NCBI GenBank assembly: GCA_965116485.1
Contig: OZ220692.1
Span: 1,627,152 to 1,691,151, forward strand
Source: Acidimicrobiales bacterium
Lineage (GTDB): Bacteria; Actinomycetota; Acidimicrobiia; Acidimicrobiales; Aldehydirespiratoraceae
DNA length: 64,000 nucleotides
Direction: 5' to 3'
Shown: positions 29,601-36,765 of the stretch, piece by piece
How the letters are laid out: every line of letters begins with the position of its first letter
How positions within the stretch are numbered: the stretch's first letter is position 1
Notes under the pieces: generated by a model
Told to the model about the DNA's origin: nothing
Seen by the model: the letters and a program-made list of their open reading frames with translations, nothing else
Database searches by the model: none
Translations under genes and position numbers: made by a program

Positions 29601-30547
29601 GCCCCTCGGCTGCAGTATCCTACACAACAATCCCAATCACTGCTCCTAGTGCGCCGACCGGTCTGGTCCTTACACCTGCTGGAGGGCAGATACGGGTTTC
29701 GTGGCAGCCGGCGCCGCACAGCAGCGCGGCGCCCGTCGAGAGGTACAAAATTTCGTGGAGCGAAATCATCGGACCCGATGGCCAGGACGTTCACCTGCAT
29801 CAAGATGCCAGAGAGTATACGATCGAGGGCCTTGCCAACGGGAGGGTCTACAGCGTCGAAGTACACGCGTACAATAGGTTAGGCAACTCGACTGCCATTG
29901 GCGGCAGAGCAATCCCCAGGGTCGCTGCTCCTAGTGCGCCGACCGGTTTGGTCCTTACACCTGCTGGAGGGCAGATACGGGTTTCGTGGCAGCCGGCGCC
30001 GCACAGCAGCGCGGCGCCCGTCGAGGGATACGACATAACGTGGAGCGACAGCACAGGCCATATCGACAGCGCTAGCGTGCTGCGAGGTGTCACAACGCAC
30101 ACGATCGAGGGCCTTACCAACGGGAGCGCCTACAGCGTCGAAGTAAACGCGTACAATACCGATGATTTGGACCGTATATCATACTCGACTGTCATTAGCG
30201 GCACGGCAACCCCGGTCGTCGTTCCTAGTGCGCCGACCGGTATGGTCCTTACGCCTGCTGAAGGGCAGATGCGGGTTTCGTGGCAGCCAGCGCCGCACAG
30301 CAGCGAGGCGCCCGTCGAGGGATATTATATCAGCTGGTACACCGGCACCGGCGCAGGCGCACAACCCAGCGCTCTCACACCGCGAGGCCAAACGACATAC
30401 ACGATCACGGGCCTTACCAACGGGAGCGCCTACAGCGTCTTCGTGTACGCTGTCAATGCCGCAGGCAAATCGGCTCACATCTGGGGCAAAGCAACCCCTA
30501 GGGCAGCGACACCGACCGCCGCGACTCACCCCCGTCGCCTACGCTGA
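26684..30547 (+). CDS. Giant secreted repeat protein (novel 11-aa and 10-aa repeats, 2 Calx-beta-like modules, unknown Cys module, 5 FN3-like modules)
   Basis: ATG at 26684. RSRRVLRG plus a hydrophobic stretch resembles a Tat/Sec signal. Then about 13 x (xYxVRVAPFTE), about 12 x (VYNYENRTRx), and a poly-Thr/Pro linker. TVDDTLDEPDG and TLNDTVDEPDG are Calx-beta signatures. Repeated APSAPTGLVLTPAGGQIRVSWQP marks the FN3 starts. Confidence 0.8.
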   Translation: MQRHADSTAFCLRSLATRLGRSRRVLRGVALMLIFASAAYGLTAVPPVSMPQAAADDQTETYQERVAPFTQTDRVRVAPFTETYQERVPPYTQTVRVRVAPFTESYQVRVAPFTESYRVRVAPLTETYRVRVAPFTQTDRVRVAPFTETYQERVPPYTQTVRVRVAPFTESYQVRVAPFTESYRVRVAPYTRSVAAYNYETVCPPCRQVRVAPFTRTVAVYNYENRTRNVYNYANRTRAVFNYENRTRNVYNYANRTRAVFNYADRTRDVYNWENRTRAVYNYENRSRPVWNYETRTRSVVNYENRVQDFFHYAERTRDVFNYAERTRDVYNWETRTRSVSHTHTCPAGQQLEGHATCVPTTTTTTTTTTTTTAPPPPRPVVSITAHPSVTEGARALFTVSAALAPSETLTVTVAVAGGGYASTGTRSVTLQGSSSFPPGLATGLLSVATVDDTLDEPDGTVTATITAGAGYTVSASARSAAVTVKDNDLSARERCEADGGTWTPPLVDPCVKPTVSITGPAAPVTEGAAVHFTVTVSPAPAYSLDVSVAVSSVGGYAASNTRTVTVPTSGTAAFTVATLNDTVDEPDGSVTATIGASSRYTGGGASATVAVRDDDATPTQGDCPSGYYELVDPLPTAWIDLFNSEVSFDQATGLHPEPVVWVPQRSIPRTQDRGCYMARFEVTDVGAVNENELKEAATAALVVGSQAYNVICDPVATVTAELGLRRAEKSKAVARIATRLGTTSAKIVQRASIVLNVVCLPATIQDVLSVLRWIDGLFSTPPKPLCPDPPTGLALVGTDGAIQVSWTPPTNAPETEADEHGEHRYTVYWGEGASSLGAPITGIKTIWRSGPRAAHTIAATNGHEYWVQVFWGTKLGCEGQAPVVEGTVTPIAAPSAPRGLVLLPSEGQIRVSWQAAPHTSAAPVEGYQVSWSDSGGRIDSARVLRGVTTHTIGGLTNGRTYHVSVSAHNVSGPSAAVSYTTIPITAPSAPTGLVLTPAGGQIRVSWQPAPHSSAAPVERYKISWSEIIGPDGQDVHLHQDAREYTIEGLANGRVYSVEVHAYNRLGNSTAIGGRAIPRVAAPSAPTGLVLTPAGGQIRVSWQPAPHSSAAPVEGYDITWSDSTGHIDSASVLRGVTTHTIEGLTNGSAYSVEVNAYNTDDLDRISYSTVISGTATPVVVPSAPTGMVLTPAEGQMRVSWQPAPHSSEAPVEGYYISWYTGTGAGAQPSALTPRGQTTYTITGLTNGSAYSVFVYAVNAAGKSAHIWGKATPRAATPTAATHPRRLR
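26864..27258 (+). repeat. 33-bp (11-codon) coding repeat array, including a 198-bp near-perfect tandem duplication
   Basis: TYQERVAPFTQ / TDRVRVAPFTE / SYQVRVAPFTE and similar. The DNA at 26884-27053 recurs at 27082-27251. Confidence 0.9.
27259..27706 (+). repeat. 30-bp (10-codon) coding repeat array
   Basis: VYNYENRTRN VYNYANRTRA VFNYENRTRN ... VYNWETRTRS. Confidence 0.9.
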
Positions 30548-30620
30548 ACTACACAACCAACGACACCCGTAACAACTGTACCCACCAACTTGTCCCCGTC
30601 ACAGTAAGGATGACAAACCA

Positions 30621-30944
30621 ATGGCATCTACGGAAACGACCGATGTGCCCGCACGGAACGGACCGGTAGACGAAAGACCACGTCTGTTCTCTGTTGATGT
30701 TCTGACCTCGGGCTACCTTTTTGGTTTGCCCTTGCTGGTGTGGGTTTGGATAGCCGTGACTCAGTCCCCTCTGCGGAACGCCATATCGCTGGGGTTGTAC
30801 GTCGTCTGGGTGTTCGGCGATCTGGTGATATATCGACTCAGACACCGTGCTATGCCTCCCCGGCCAACATGGGGCAAACACAACCGCTGGACAGTCCCGC
30901 TTCTCTTCCTTGTCTTGATCGTGGGGGCGATCCAAGGTGTTTAA
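30621..30944 (+). CDS. Small 3-TM membrane protein, paralog 1
   Basis: 107 aa with the ERPRLFSVDVL ... PRPTWGKHNRWTVPLLF motif. AAGGA lies upstream of the ATG. The stop overlaps the next ATG (TAATG). Confidence 0.7.
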   Translation: MASTETTDVPARNGPVDERPRLFSVDVLTSGYLFGLPLLVWVWIAVTQSPLRNAISLGLYVVWVFGDLVIYRLRHRAMPPRPTWGKHNRWTVPLLFLVLIVGAIQGV

Positions 30945-31216
30945 TGGCACAATCAGAAATAACCGAAGTAGCTGACACTGAGACGTATCGGGTGCGGGTT
31001 GCTCCATACACCCGAACCGTGGCCGCCTACAACTACGAGACCCGGTCCCGAGCCGTCTTCAACTATGAAACCCGTTCTCGACCCGTATGGAACTATGAGA
31101 ACCGTACCCGGCCAGTAGTTAATTACGAGCCCCGGTCCCGAGCCGTCTTCAACTACGAAACTCGTTCTCGACCCGTATGGAACTATGAGAACCGTACCCG
31201 GCCAGTAGTCAATTAC
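30944..31216 (+). pseudogene. Second YNYE-repeat protein gene, 5' part, interrupted by ISL3 ends
   Basis: MAQSEITEVADTETYRVRVAPYTRTVAAYNYETRSRAVFNYETRSRPVWNYENRTRPVVNY, followed by an IS inverted repeat. There is no signal peptide. Confidence 0.65.
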
Positions 31217-31284
31217 GGGTTCTTCGCGTTTCAGGGGGGAGTGAGGGTGTTGAGTAGCGCCCGGTTGGGCTTCTATGTCAATGT
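31217..31284. mobile_element. Solo ISL3-type terminal repeat copy
   Basis: gggttcttcgcgtttcaggggggagtgagggtgttgagtag... is a 68-bp duplicate of the left end of the adjacent IS. Confidence 0.6.
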
Positions 31285-32702
31285 GGCTCTTCGCGTATTA
31301 GGTCGGAGTGAGGGTGTTGAGTAGGTTCCAGTTGGGCTTGCCGGCATACAGGAGTGCTCTGATCCGGTAATTGGTGAAGTCAGTGAAATGCGAACCCGAC
31401 GCGTTTGACTCGTTTGATCAGATTGTCAGCGGCTCGGTGGCTGTGTTGGACACCCGGGCGTGGTGCCAGTCAGCAGTTCTGGGTGCTCCAACGAGCCAGG
31501 GTGCGTCCCAACCGGTTGACCTCGACAGGCAGAAACGAGTCTTGGAACTCGACGGCGAGCTGATCGACGGTCACGCGTCCGAGGTCGGGATCGGCGATGT
31601 CATATATCCCGCGCAGGGTCTCTTTGGCGTGCCAGGCGTTGCGGACCTCGCCGTGGGGGTCACCGGATTCGAGCAGGCCGCGTAGACGGCCGTCGCCTGT
31701 TTCGCTGATGCGTTCGTGACCGGTGAGCAGCAGTTTGCGGCTTCGATACAGCGGGTCGTGTTTGCGGCCCCGGTGCCCGAGGGTCTGGTTCTGCACCCGC
31801 CGTCGCACCTCGTCGAGTGTGTTGTCAGCTTGCCGCACGACGTGGAACGGGTCCGCGACCTGGGCTGCGTCATCCAGCGCCGTGTCCAGCGTCGCCCTAT
31901 ACGGTCCAAAGAGGTCCAGGGTCGCCCAACGAATGTGTACCCGCCAGCTCGCCGGTTGGTTGAGCAGCCACCTCGCCGGTGCTGTGGCTGTTCTGTGAGG
32001 CACTATGTCCAACAGTTTGCCGCCGGCGACATCGACGATGCTGGTCGCCCACGCCTTGTGTCTATAACGGCCGGTGCGGCCGAACAGAGTTTCGTCGAGA
32101 CCCACAGCGGTCGTCGCGCCGATCCGGTCGACATCAGCATCGAGCAGCGTTTGACCCCACCACAGCACCGTGTCGTTCACCGCCGACCAGCAACACGCCA
32201 AGTCCGAAGCAACATCGCTCACCGGACGGCCACAGCCGACCTGGCGTGTCGCCCAACGCGCTGCTCGTGTCGTCAACAACACCCGCGGCGGCGCGACCTA
32301 GTGGTTGTGTTCAGTCACCGACCCCGTGCCGCAATCCTCACTCGGGCAACGCCACCGGTGTTTGTGCCACACCAACCTCGCCGGCCGGCCGAAGCTCGGC
32401 AGATCCACCAGCTCCACCAGCCGCTTGCCGTCGGACCACAACTTGCCGCCACAACCCGCACACGACGGACGCGGTGCCCGACATCGGACATGCAACCTCA
32501 ACGGCTCGCCGCCACGGTCGTCGTCGACGCTCAACACGTCGACTTCGCCGAGGCCCACCAACAACTCGCACATGCGTATAGGGTCGTGCTCCACCGGGAT
32601 CCTCCAGTCTTGGATTGGTTTACGACCCCGATTCTGGAGGATCCCGCTCAACCAACCGCGGACACCCCACAACCCCGACTCCGACCTCAAACGCGAAGAG
32701 CC
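31285..32702 (-). mobile_element. ISL3-family insertion sequence with a degraded transposase
   Basis: The ends are ggctcttcgcg... and ...cgcgaagagcc. The transposase N-terminus has a zinc finger (CAGCGG...CPSEDC). There is an in-frame TAG at 32298-32300. The C-terminal part (VSNTATEPLTI*...YRIRALLYAGKPNW) carries a stop and a frameshift. Confidence 0.8.
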
Positions 32703-32723
32703 TACAGCGTAAGGGACAACATC

Positions 32724-33023
32724 CTTACGCTGGCGGCATTGGTCGATGCAATTGCAGTAAGAAGGCGGGCTGGACAATCCGAGCGGTCGGGTTCCAACTT
32801 CTCAATCGCTATCGGGGGGAGCTCTCAAGCGAATGGCTATGCTAGAATTACCGCGAACGAACGCGTTTTCCTCGCGGTGACCTCACGCCCTCCCCAACCC
32901 ATAGTAGGGTGCCTGCCCCCCAGATACACGACCCGCAACTCGACACTCGACCGACAGACATCCACCACCGGAAACCACACAACACACCGGGACATCACAA
33001 TCCATTATTGTGAAAGGAGTTAA
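32724..33023 (+). CDS. Cassette 1 conserved coding segment X1 (no start codon of its own; ...TTGNHTTHRDITIHYCERS)
   Basis: It is colinear with X2 over 100 codons. In the 3' 64 codons I counted 21 synonymous against 12 non-synonymous differences. Confidence 0.5.
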   Translation, partial: LTLAALVDAIAVRRRAGQSERSGSNFSIAIGGSSQANGYARITANERVFLAVTSRPPQPIVGCLPPRYTTRNSTLDRQTSTTGNHTTHRDITIHYCERS

Positions 33024-33027
33024 TTCC

Positions 33028-33306
33028 GTGGAGCAGGAAGGCATATACTCCAGACTGCAAAAATTAGCGAGGCTGAGAGGATGGACTCACTGGCCGGTTC
33101 TTGTTGTTGGTTGTAGCATCCAATTCGTCCTAAGCATATTGAGCTACAAATGGGGCTACATCAGAGAGTCGCAAACAGTTGCTGTCATCCAGTGGACCGT
33201 AATATTAACTTTGGTATCTGTTATCGTTCTAGATCTCATAGGCGAAATCGCGTTCAGAATGTTGAGGCGCAAGCTTCAGCGATCGCAAAAGGTCGGTGGC
33301 GTGTGA
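33028..33306 (+). CDS. Small 2-TM protein A (cassette 1)
   Basis: GTG at 33028 lies 8 nt after AAAGGAG. Sequence features are LQKLARLR, two hydrophobic helices, and IAFRMLRRKLQRSQKV. Confidence 0.65.
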   Translation: MEQEGIYSRLQKLARLRGWTHWPVLVVGCSIQFVLSILSYKWGYIRESQTVAVIQWTVILTLVSVIVLDLIGEIAFRMLRRKLQRSQKVGGV

Positions 33307-33394
33307 ACTTCGTCTACATACAGTTGCCGACTGAAACTAGTTTTCTGGGCAACAGTCTCGACAGTGGATTGTAAATCTCTGGTGCCGAACTGCC

Positions 33395-33694
33395 CTTACG
33401 CTAGGGGCACTGGTTGACGCCCTCAAAGGAAGAAGGCAAAGTAACCAGAGTTCACATGAGTCATCTAACTTCTCCATCGGCGTGGCGGGGGGAGCGCAAG
33501 CGAATGGGTATGCTAGGGTAACGGACACCGAGCGTGTGTTCTTCGCAGTGACCGCGTTTCCCCCGCGTCCCATCGTGGGGTGCCTGCCGACCAGATACAC
33601 GACCCGAACCTCGACACTTGACCGCCAGACATCTACCACCGGAAACCACACAACCCACCGAGACATCACCATCCACTATTGCCAGAAGGACTAA
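33395..33694 (+). CDS. Cassette 2 conserved coding segment X2 (orphan; ...TTGNHTTHRDITIHYCQKD)
   Basis: Same length and frame as X1. An in-frame TAG lies at 33338. There is no ATG, only an unsupported GTG at 33482. Confidence 0.45.
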   Translation, partial: LTLGALVDALKGRRQSNQSSHESSNFSIGVAGGAQANGYARVTDTERVFFAVTAFPPRPIVGCLPTRYTTRTSTLDRQTSTTGNHTTHRDITIHYCQKD

Positions 33695-33701
33695 CTGTAT
33701 C

Positions 33702-33980
33702 ATGCCGGGCCGCGACGCTGACAGATTCGAACTATTGACACGTTTGAGGAAATTGCATTTGGGATGGGTAACAGCTGCTTGCCTTAGCATCAATTTTGGC
33801 TTAGGTATATTGGAACGATTTGAGTGGGGAGTCGCAGAAAAATCGCAAACAGCTTTCAACATCCTACTAGTGCTCTTAATGGTTGTAGGAGTTGTACTTT
33901 TCTTACATTTGAGAAGCGAAATAGTGCTCAGAAGGTCGAAGCACAAATCCGCACAAGGGGCAGAAGAAGCGACTTCATGA
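33702..33980 (+). CDS. Small 2-TM protein B (cassette 2)
   Basis: ATG at 33702 follows AGAAGGA. Sequence features are LTRLRKLHLGW, two helices and a basic tail. Confidence 0.6.
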   Translation: MPGRDADRFELLTRLRKLHLGWVTAACLSINFGLGILERFEWGVAEKSQTAFNILLVLLMVVGVVLFLHLRSEIVLRRSKHKSAQGAEEATS

Positions 33981-34011
33981 ACGAATCTGCGCTGTTGCGT
34001 TCGTGCTAGTT

Positions 34012-34100
34012 GTAATGGACATGGAGATTGGTAGCTCCGTGCTGGGGGTGAGCCGCCTGTGCGAGTGTGGGTTGTCCACAGTCGGTACGAACACAAGACC
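34012..34100 (+). mobile_element. IS481-family left-end remnant
   Basis: tgtaatggacatggag... comes directly after gCTAGt, the known IS481 target motif. It aligns with the copy at 35420. Confidence 0.55.
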
Positions 34101-34103
34101 GAA

Positions 34104-34193
34104 ACACTCGACCGGATGACCTACACCACTGGAAACCACACAACCCACCGAGACATCACCATCCACTACTGCGACAACCTCCTGATACAGTAA
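34104..34193 (+). pseudogene. Cassette 3 segment X3, 5'-truncated (TLDRMTYTTGNHTTHRDITIHYCDNLLIQ)
   Basis: Only the last ~29 codons remain. Most differences from X2 are at third codon positions. Confidence 0.5.
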
Positions 34194-34223
34194 CGATTCT
34201 ATAGCGATAGTTGAACCAGCGCG

Positions 34224-34517
34224 ATGAAACCGCACGATATTAGTCCCACGCTTGAGAAATTGGCGAAACTGCGGGACCCACCACCCGTGTTGTGGTGGCT
34301 GTACATAACCTATTTCTTGGTGGCGACAGTCCTAGGTACATTCTCGTTCTCCGGTTGGGAGCCTCCAGTGATAGTGCCACCACCGATCGACTTCATACTC
34401 CTATTACTATTCACTACACTGGTCGTGTCCAGTGTGACGCTAACTTTGGTAGCCGATATCGCGTTCAGGATCTTGAAGCGTAAGCTTCGGCAATCGCAAG
34501 AGGTTGATGGGCTGTGA
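34224..34517 (+). CDS. Small 2-TM protein C (cassette 3)
   Basis: LEKLAKLR, two helices, and IAFRILKRKLRQSQEV. The C-terminal motif is shared with protein A. Confidence 0.6.
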   Translation: MKPHDISPTLEKLAKLRDPPPVLWWLYITYFLVATVLGTFSFSGWEPPVIVPPPIDFILLLLFTTLVVSSVTLTLVADIAFRILKRKLRQSQEVDGL

Positions 34518-34727
34518 CCACTGTGTACATGCACCTGTGCACTGAAACTGATCTTCTGGGCAACAGTCTCGACAGTGAATCGCAAATATTCTTGTCCCGA
34601 ACTGTTGACTATTGTTGTGAGTTCTTCGCGTGTCGCACGGTCAGTTTTAACCAAGCCAGGGCTACACCCTGAGCCTGTTCTCTCGGTCTTCGCATTCTGC
34701 CGCGGGCTCGGTGAGCGCAAGGGCGTG

Positions 34728-35045
34728 CCTGCTGGAGGGCAGATACGGGTTTCGTGGCAGCCAGCGTCGCACAGCAGCGCGGTACCCGTCGAGGGATATT
34801 ATATCAGCTGGTATACTGGCACCGGCACAGGCGCACAACCCAGCGCTCTCACACCGCGAGGCCAAACGACATACACGATCACGGGCCTTACCAACGGGAG
34901 CGCCTACAGCGTCTTCGTGTACGCTGTCAATGCCGCAGGCAAATCGGCTCACATCTGGGGCAAAGCAACCCCTAGGGCAGCGACACCGACCGCCGCGACT
35001 TACCCCGTCGCCTACGCTGAACTACACAACCAACGACACCCGTAA
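34728..35045 (+). pseudogene. Orphan copy of the last FN3 module of the giant gene
   Basis: Aligns with 30254-30547. One C fewer in a C-run near 35010 changes the tail to ...ATYPVAYAELHNQRHP. A short patch at 34651-34682 also matches 28633-28665. Confidence 0.7.
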
Positions 35046-35093
35046 CAACTGTACCCACCAACTTGTCCCCGTCACAGTAAGGATGACAAACCA

Positions 35094-35417
35094 ATGGCAT
35101 CTACGGAAACGACCGATGTGCCCGCACAGAACAGACCGGCAGACGAAAGACCACGTCTGCTCTCTGTTGATGTTCTGACCTCGGGCTACCTCTTTGGCTT
35201 GCCCTTGCTGGTGTGGGTTTGGATAACTGCGACTCAATCCCCTCTGCGGAACGCCATAGCGCTGGGAGGTTACGTGGTCTGGGTTCTTGGTGATCTAGCG
35301 ATATATCGAATCAGGCACCGTGCGATGCCTCCCCGCCCGACATGGGGCAAACACAACCGCTGGACAGTCCCGCTGCTCTTCCTAGTCTTTATCATCCGAA
35401 CGGTTCAAGGCATCTAG
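35094..35417 (+). CDS. Small 3-TM membrane protein, paralog 2
   Basis: 107 aa, close copy of 30621-30944. Its last codons and stop are supplied by the IS481 target CTAG. Confidence 0.65.
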   Translation: MASTETTDVPAQNRPADERPRLLSVDVLTSGYLFGLPLLVWVWITATQSPLRNAIALGGYVVWVLGDLAIYRIRHRAMPPRPTWGKHNRWTVPLLFLVFIIRTVQGI

Positions 35418-35419
35418 TT

Positions 35420-35592
35420 GTAGTGGACATAGAGGTTGGTAGCTCCGCGATGGGGTGAGCCTCCTGTGCAAGTGTGGGGTTGTACGACAACCGACACGAA
35501 CAACAGGAGGCTCGTATGTCGCACGCTAACGCAAAGTTCACGCCCGCTGGGCGTTTGTTGATGGTTCGCCGGGTCGAGGCGGGGATGCCCCA
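35420..35592 (+). mobile_element. IS481-family 5' fragment (left IR plus the first ~25 transposase codons)
   Basis: tgtagtggacat... follows tCTAGt. AGGAGG precedes the ATG at 35516, which opens MSHANAKFTPAGRLLMVRRVEAGMP. Confidence 0.65.
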
Positions 35593-35875
35593 GAGTCTGG
35601 GTTTGCACCCGGCGGCGCACTTCGTCGAGTGTGTGGTTGGCGAGCCTGACGAAGTGGAACGGGTCCGCGACCTGGTGTGCGTGCGGCAGTGCTGTGTCCA
35701 AAGTGGCCCGATACGGCCCGGACGGGTCCCCCGCCGCCCAACGAATCCTGTCACGCCGACTCTGTGGTTGGTTCAGCAGCCACTGCGCGAGCCCAGCAGC
35801 GGTTCTGTCTGGCACTATGTCCAACAGTTTGCCGTCAGCGACGTCGACGATGCTGGTCGCCCACGCCCGTTTCTT
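35585..35875 (-). mobile_element. ISL3 transposase internal fragment
   Basis: KKRAWATSIVDVADGKLLDIVPDRTAAG...ADPFHFVRLANHTLDEVRRRVQTQTLGH is colinear with the transposase at 31470-32282. Confidence 0.7.
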
Positions 35876-35880
35876 GAACC

Positions 35881-36294
35881 GTCCGCTGCTACAACACCGC
35901 CGGTCAATCGACTGCAATACGCGGCACCGCAACCCCCAGACAACCAGCCACGACAACTACGACGACCACGACGGTTCCACCTCCGGTCGATCAGGCACCT
36001 TCACGGCCTGTGAACCTGGCAGTGACCTGTGCACCCGCTGCTCCCGGGTCGGTGCGTTTGGTCGTTACGTGGAACGCTCCAGATGCTTCGCCAATACCTA
36101 TTGAGTCATACCAGTACAACATAGGGGGCGTCCAGGGGTCGGTCCCGGCGGTCAAACCGATTCCCCAGATACAGGGGAACTTCTCAGTGTCCAAGACCGT
36201 CCCGCGCTCGAACGACCTCGTGCAGGTCTCCTCTCAGGGAGCGTCTCAACGCTCCGACTGGGTACAGACCCGCGCCGACTGCAGCGGTGTCTAG
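35881..36294 (+). pseudogene. 5'-truncated fragment of a paralogous FN3 surface-protein gene
   Basis: ...YNTAGQSTAIRGTATPRQPATTTTTTTTVPPPVDQAPSRPVNLAVTCAPAAPGSVRLVVTWNAP... has no start and is cut by the IS fragment. Confidence 0.6.
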
Positions 36295-36417
36295 CAAAGT
36301 CAAGCCGATGCCTGTAGGTGGCCCTCCGCTGACACAAGTGCCCACTAAACACAAACATCACGCCGGCGCACCGACCGGTCTGCGCAAAGCTAGGAAGACA
36401 GTTAGGATGACGATCTA

Positions 36418-36750
36418 ATGGAGCAATCAGAAACATCCGACGTAGCTGACGGCGACGTAGACCAAAGACCGAGATTGTTCTCTTTCGAAACTCTAGCCAC
36501 CGGTGTACCGGAAGGTCTGCCCCTGTTGGTATTTGCTGCTATAGCAGCAAACTCGAGCGCTGGGGCGAACGCCATCGCTCTCGGCGCGGTCGCAGCGGTT
36601 GTGCTTGGCGATGTAGTGGCTTATCGGGTTAGGAATCATCACCTCCCCCCCGCTCCGCCCCGTTGGCCGTCGTCATGGGGCAGGCACAATCGTTGGACGG
36701 TCCCGCTGTTCTTTATCGTCTTGATCGTAGGAGCGGTCCGAGGCATCTAG
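36418..36750 (+). CDS. Small 3-TM membrane protein, divergent paralog 3
   Basis: 110 aa that keeps the QRPRLFSFE ... WGRHNRWTVPLFF motifs. The TAGGATGA-type leader resembles that of paralog 1. Confidence 0.6.
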   Translation: MEQSETSDVADGDVDQRPRLFSFETLATGVPEGLPLLVFAAIAANSSAGANAIALGAVAAVVLGDVVAYRVRNHHLPPAPPRWPSSWGRHNRWTVPLFFIVLIVGAVRGI

Positions 36751-36765
36751 AGGCCGGACAGGCCC

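Noticed and set aside
31716-33023. 435-aa plus-strand ORF running through the ISL3 element.
   Set aside because: It is antisense to the transposase. Only its last 100 codons (segment X1) show codon-position-specific conservation with X2.
32940-33023. X segment as a RiPP or lanthipeptide-type precursor (Thr/Ser-rich core ending in Cys).
   Set aside because: No modification, protease or export genes are anywhere in the window, and there is no start codon or leader-like N-terminus for X2 and X3. I kept this only as a remote possibility under the cassette finding.
25095-34620. Integron interpretation (integrase plus cassette array).
   Set aside because: The recombinase is co-oriented with and 6.6 kb away from the cassettes. 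I see no IntI-specific extra segment. The cassette boundaries lack attC-like imperfect palindromes, and units share long trailers and coding segments instead.
25095-36750. Shufflon-type inversion system switching the C-terminus of the giant protein.
   Set aside because: All alternative 3' modules are in direct orientation, and I found no inverted crossover repeats. Recombinase-driven inversion therefore cannot swap them.
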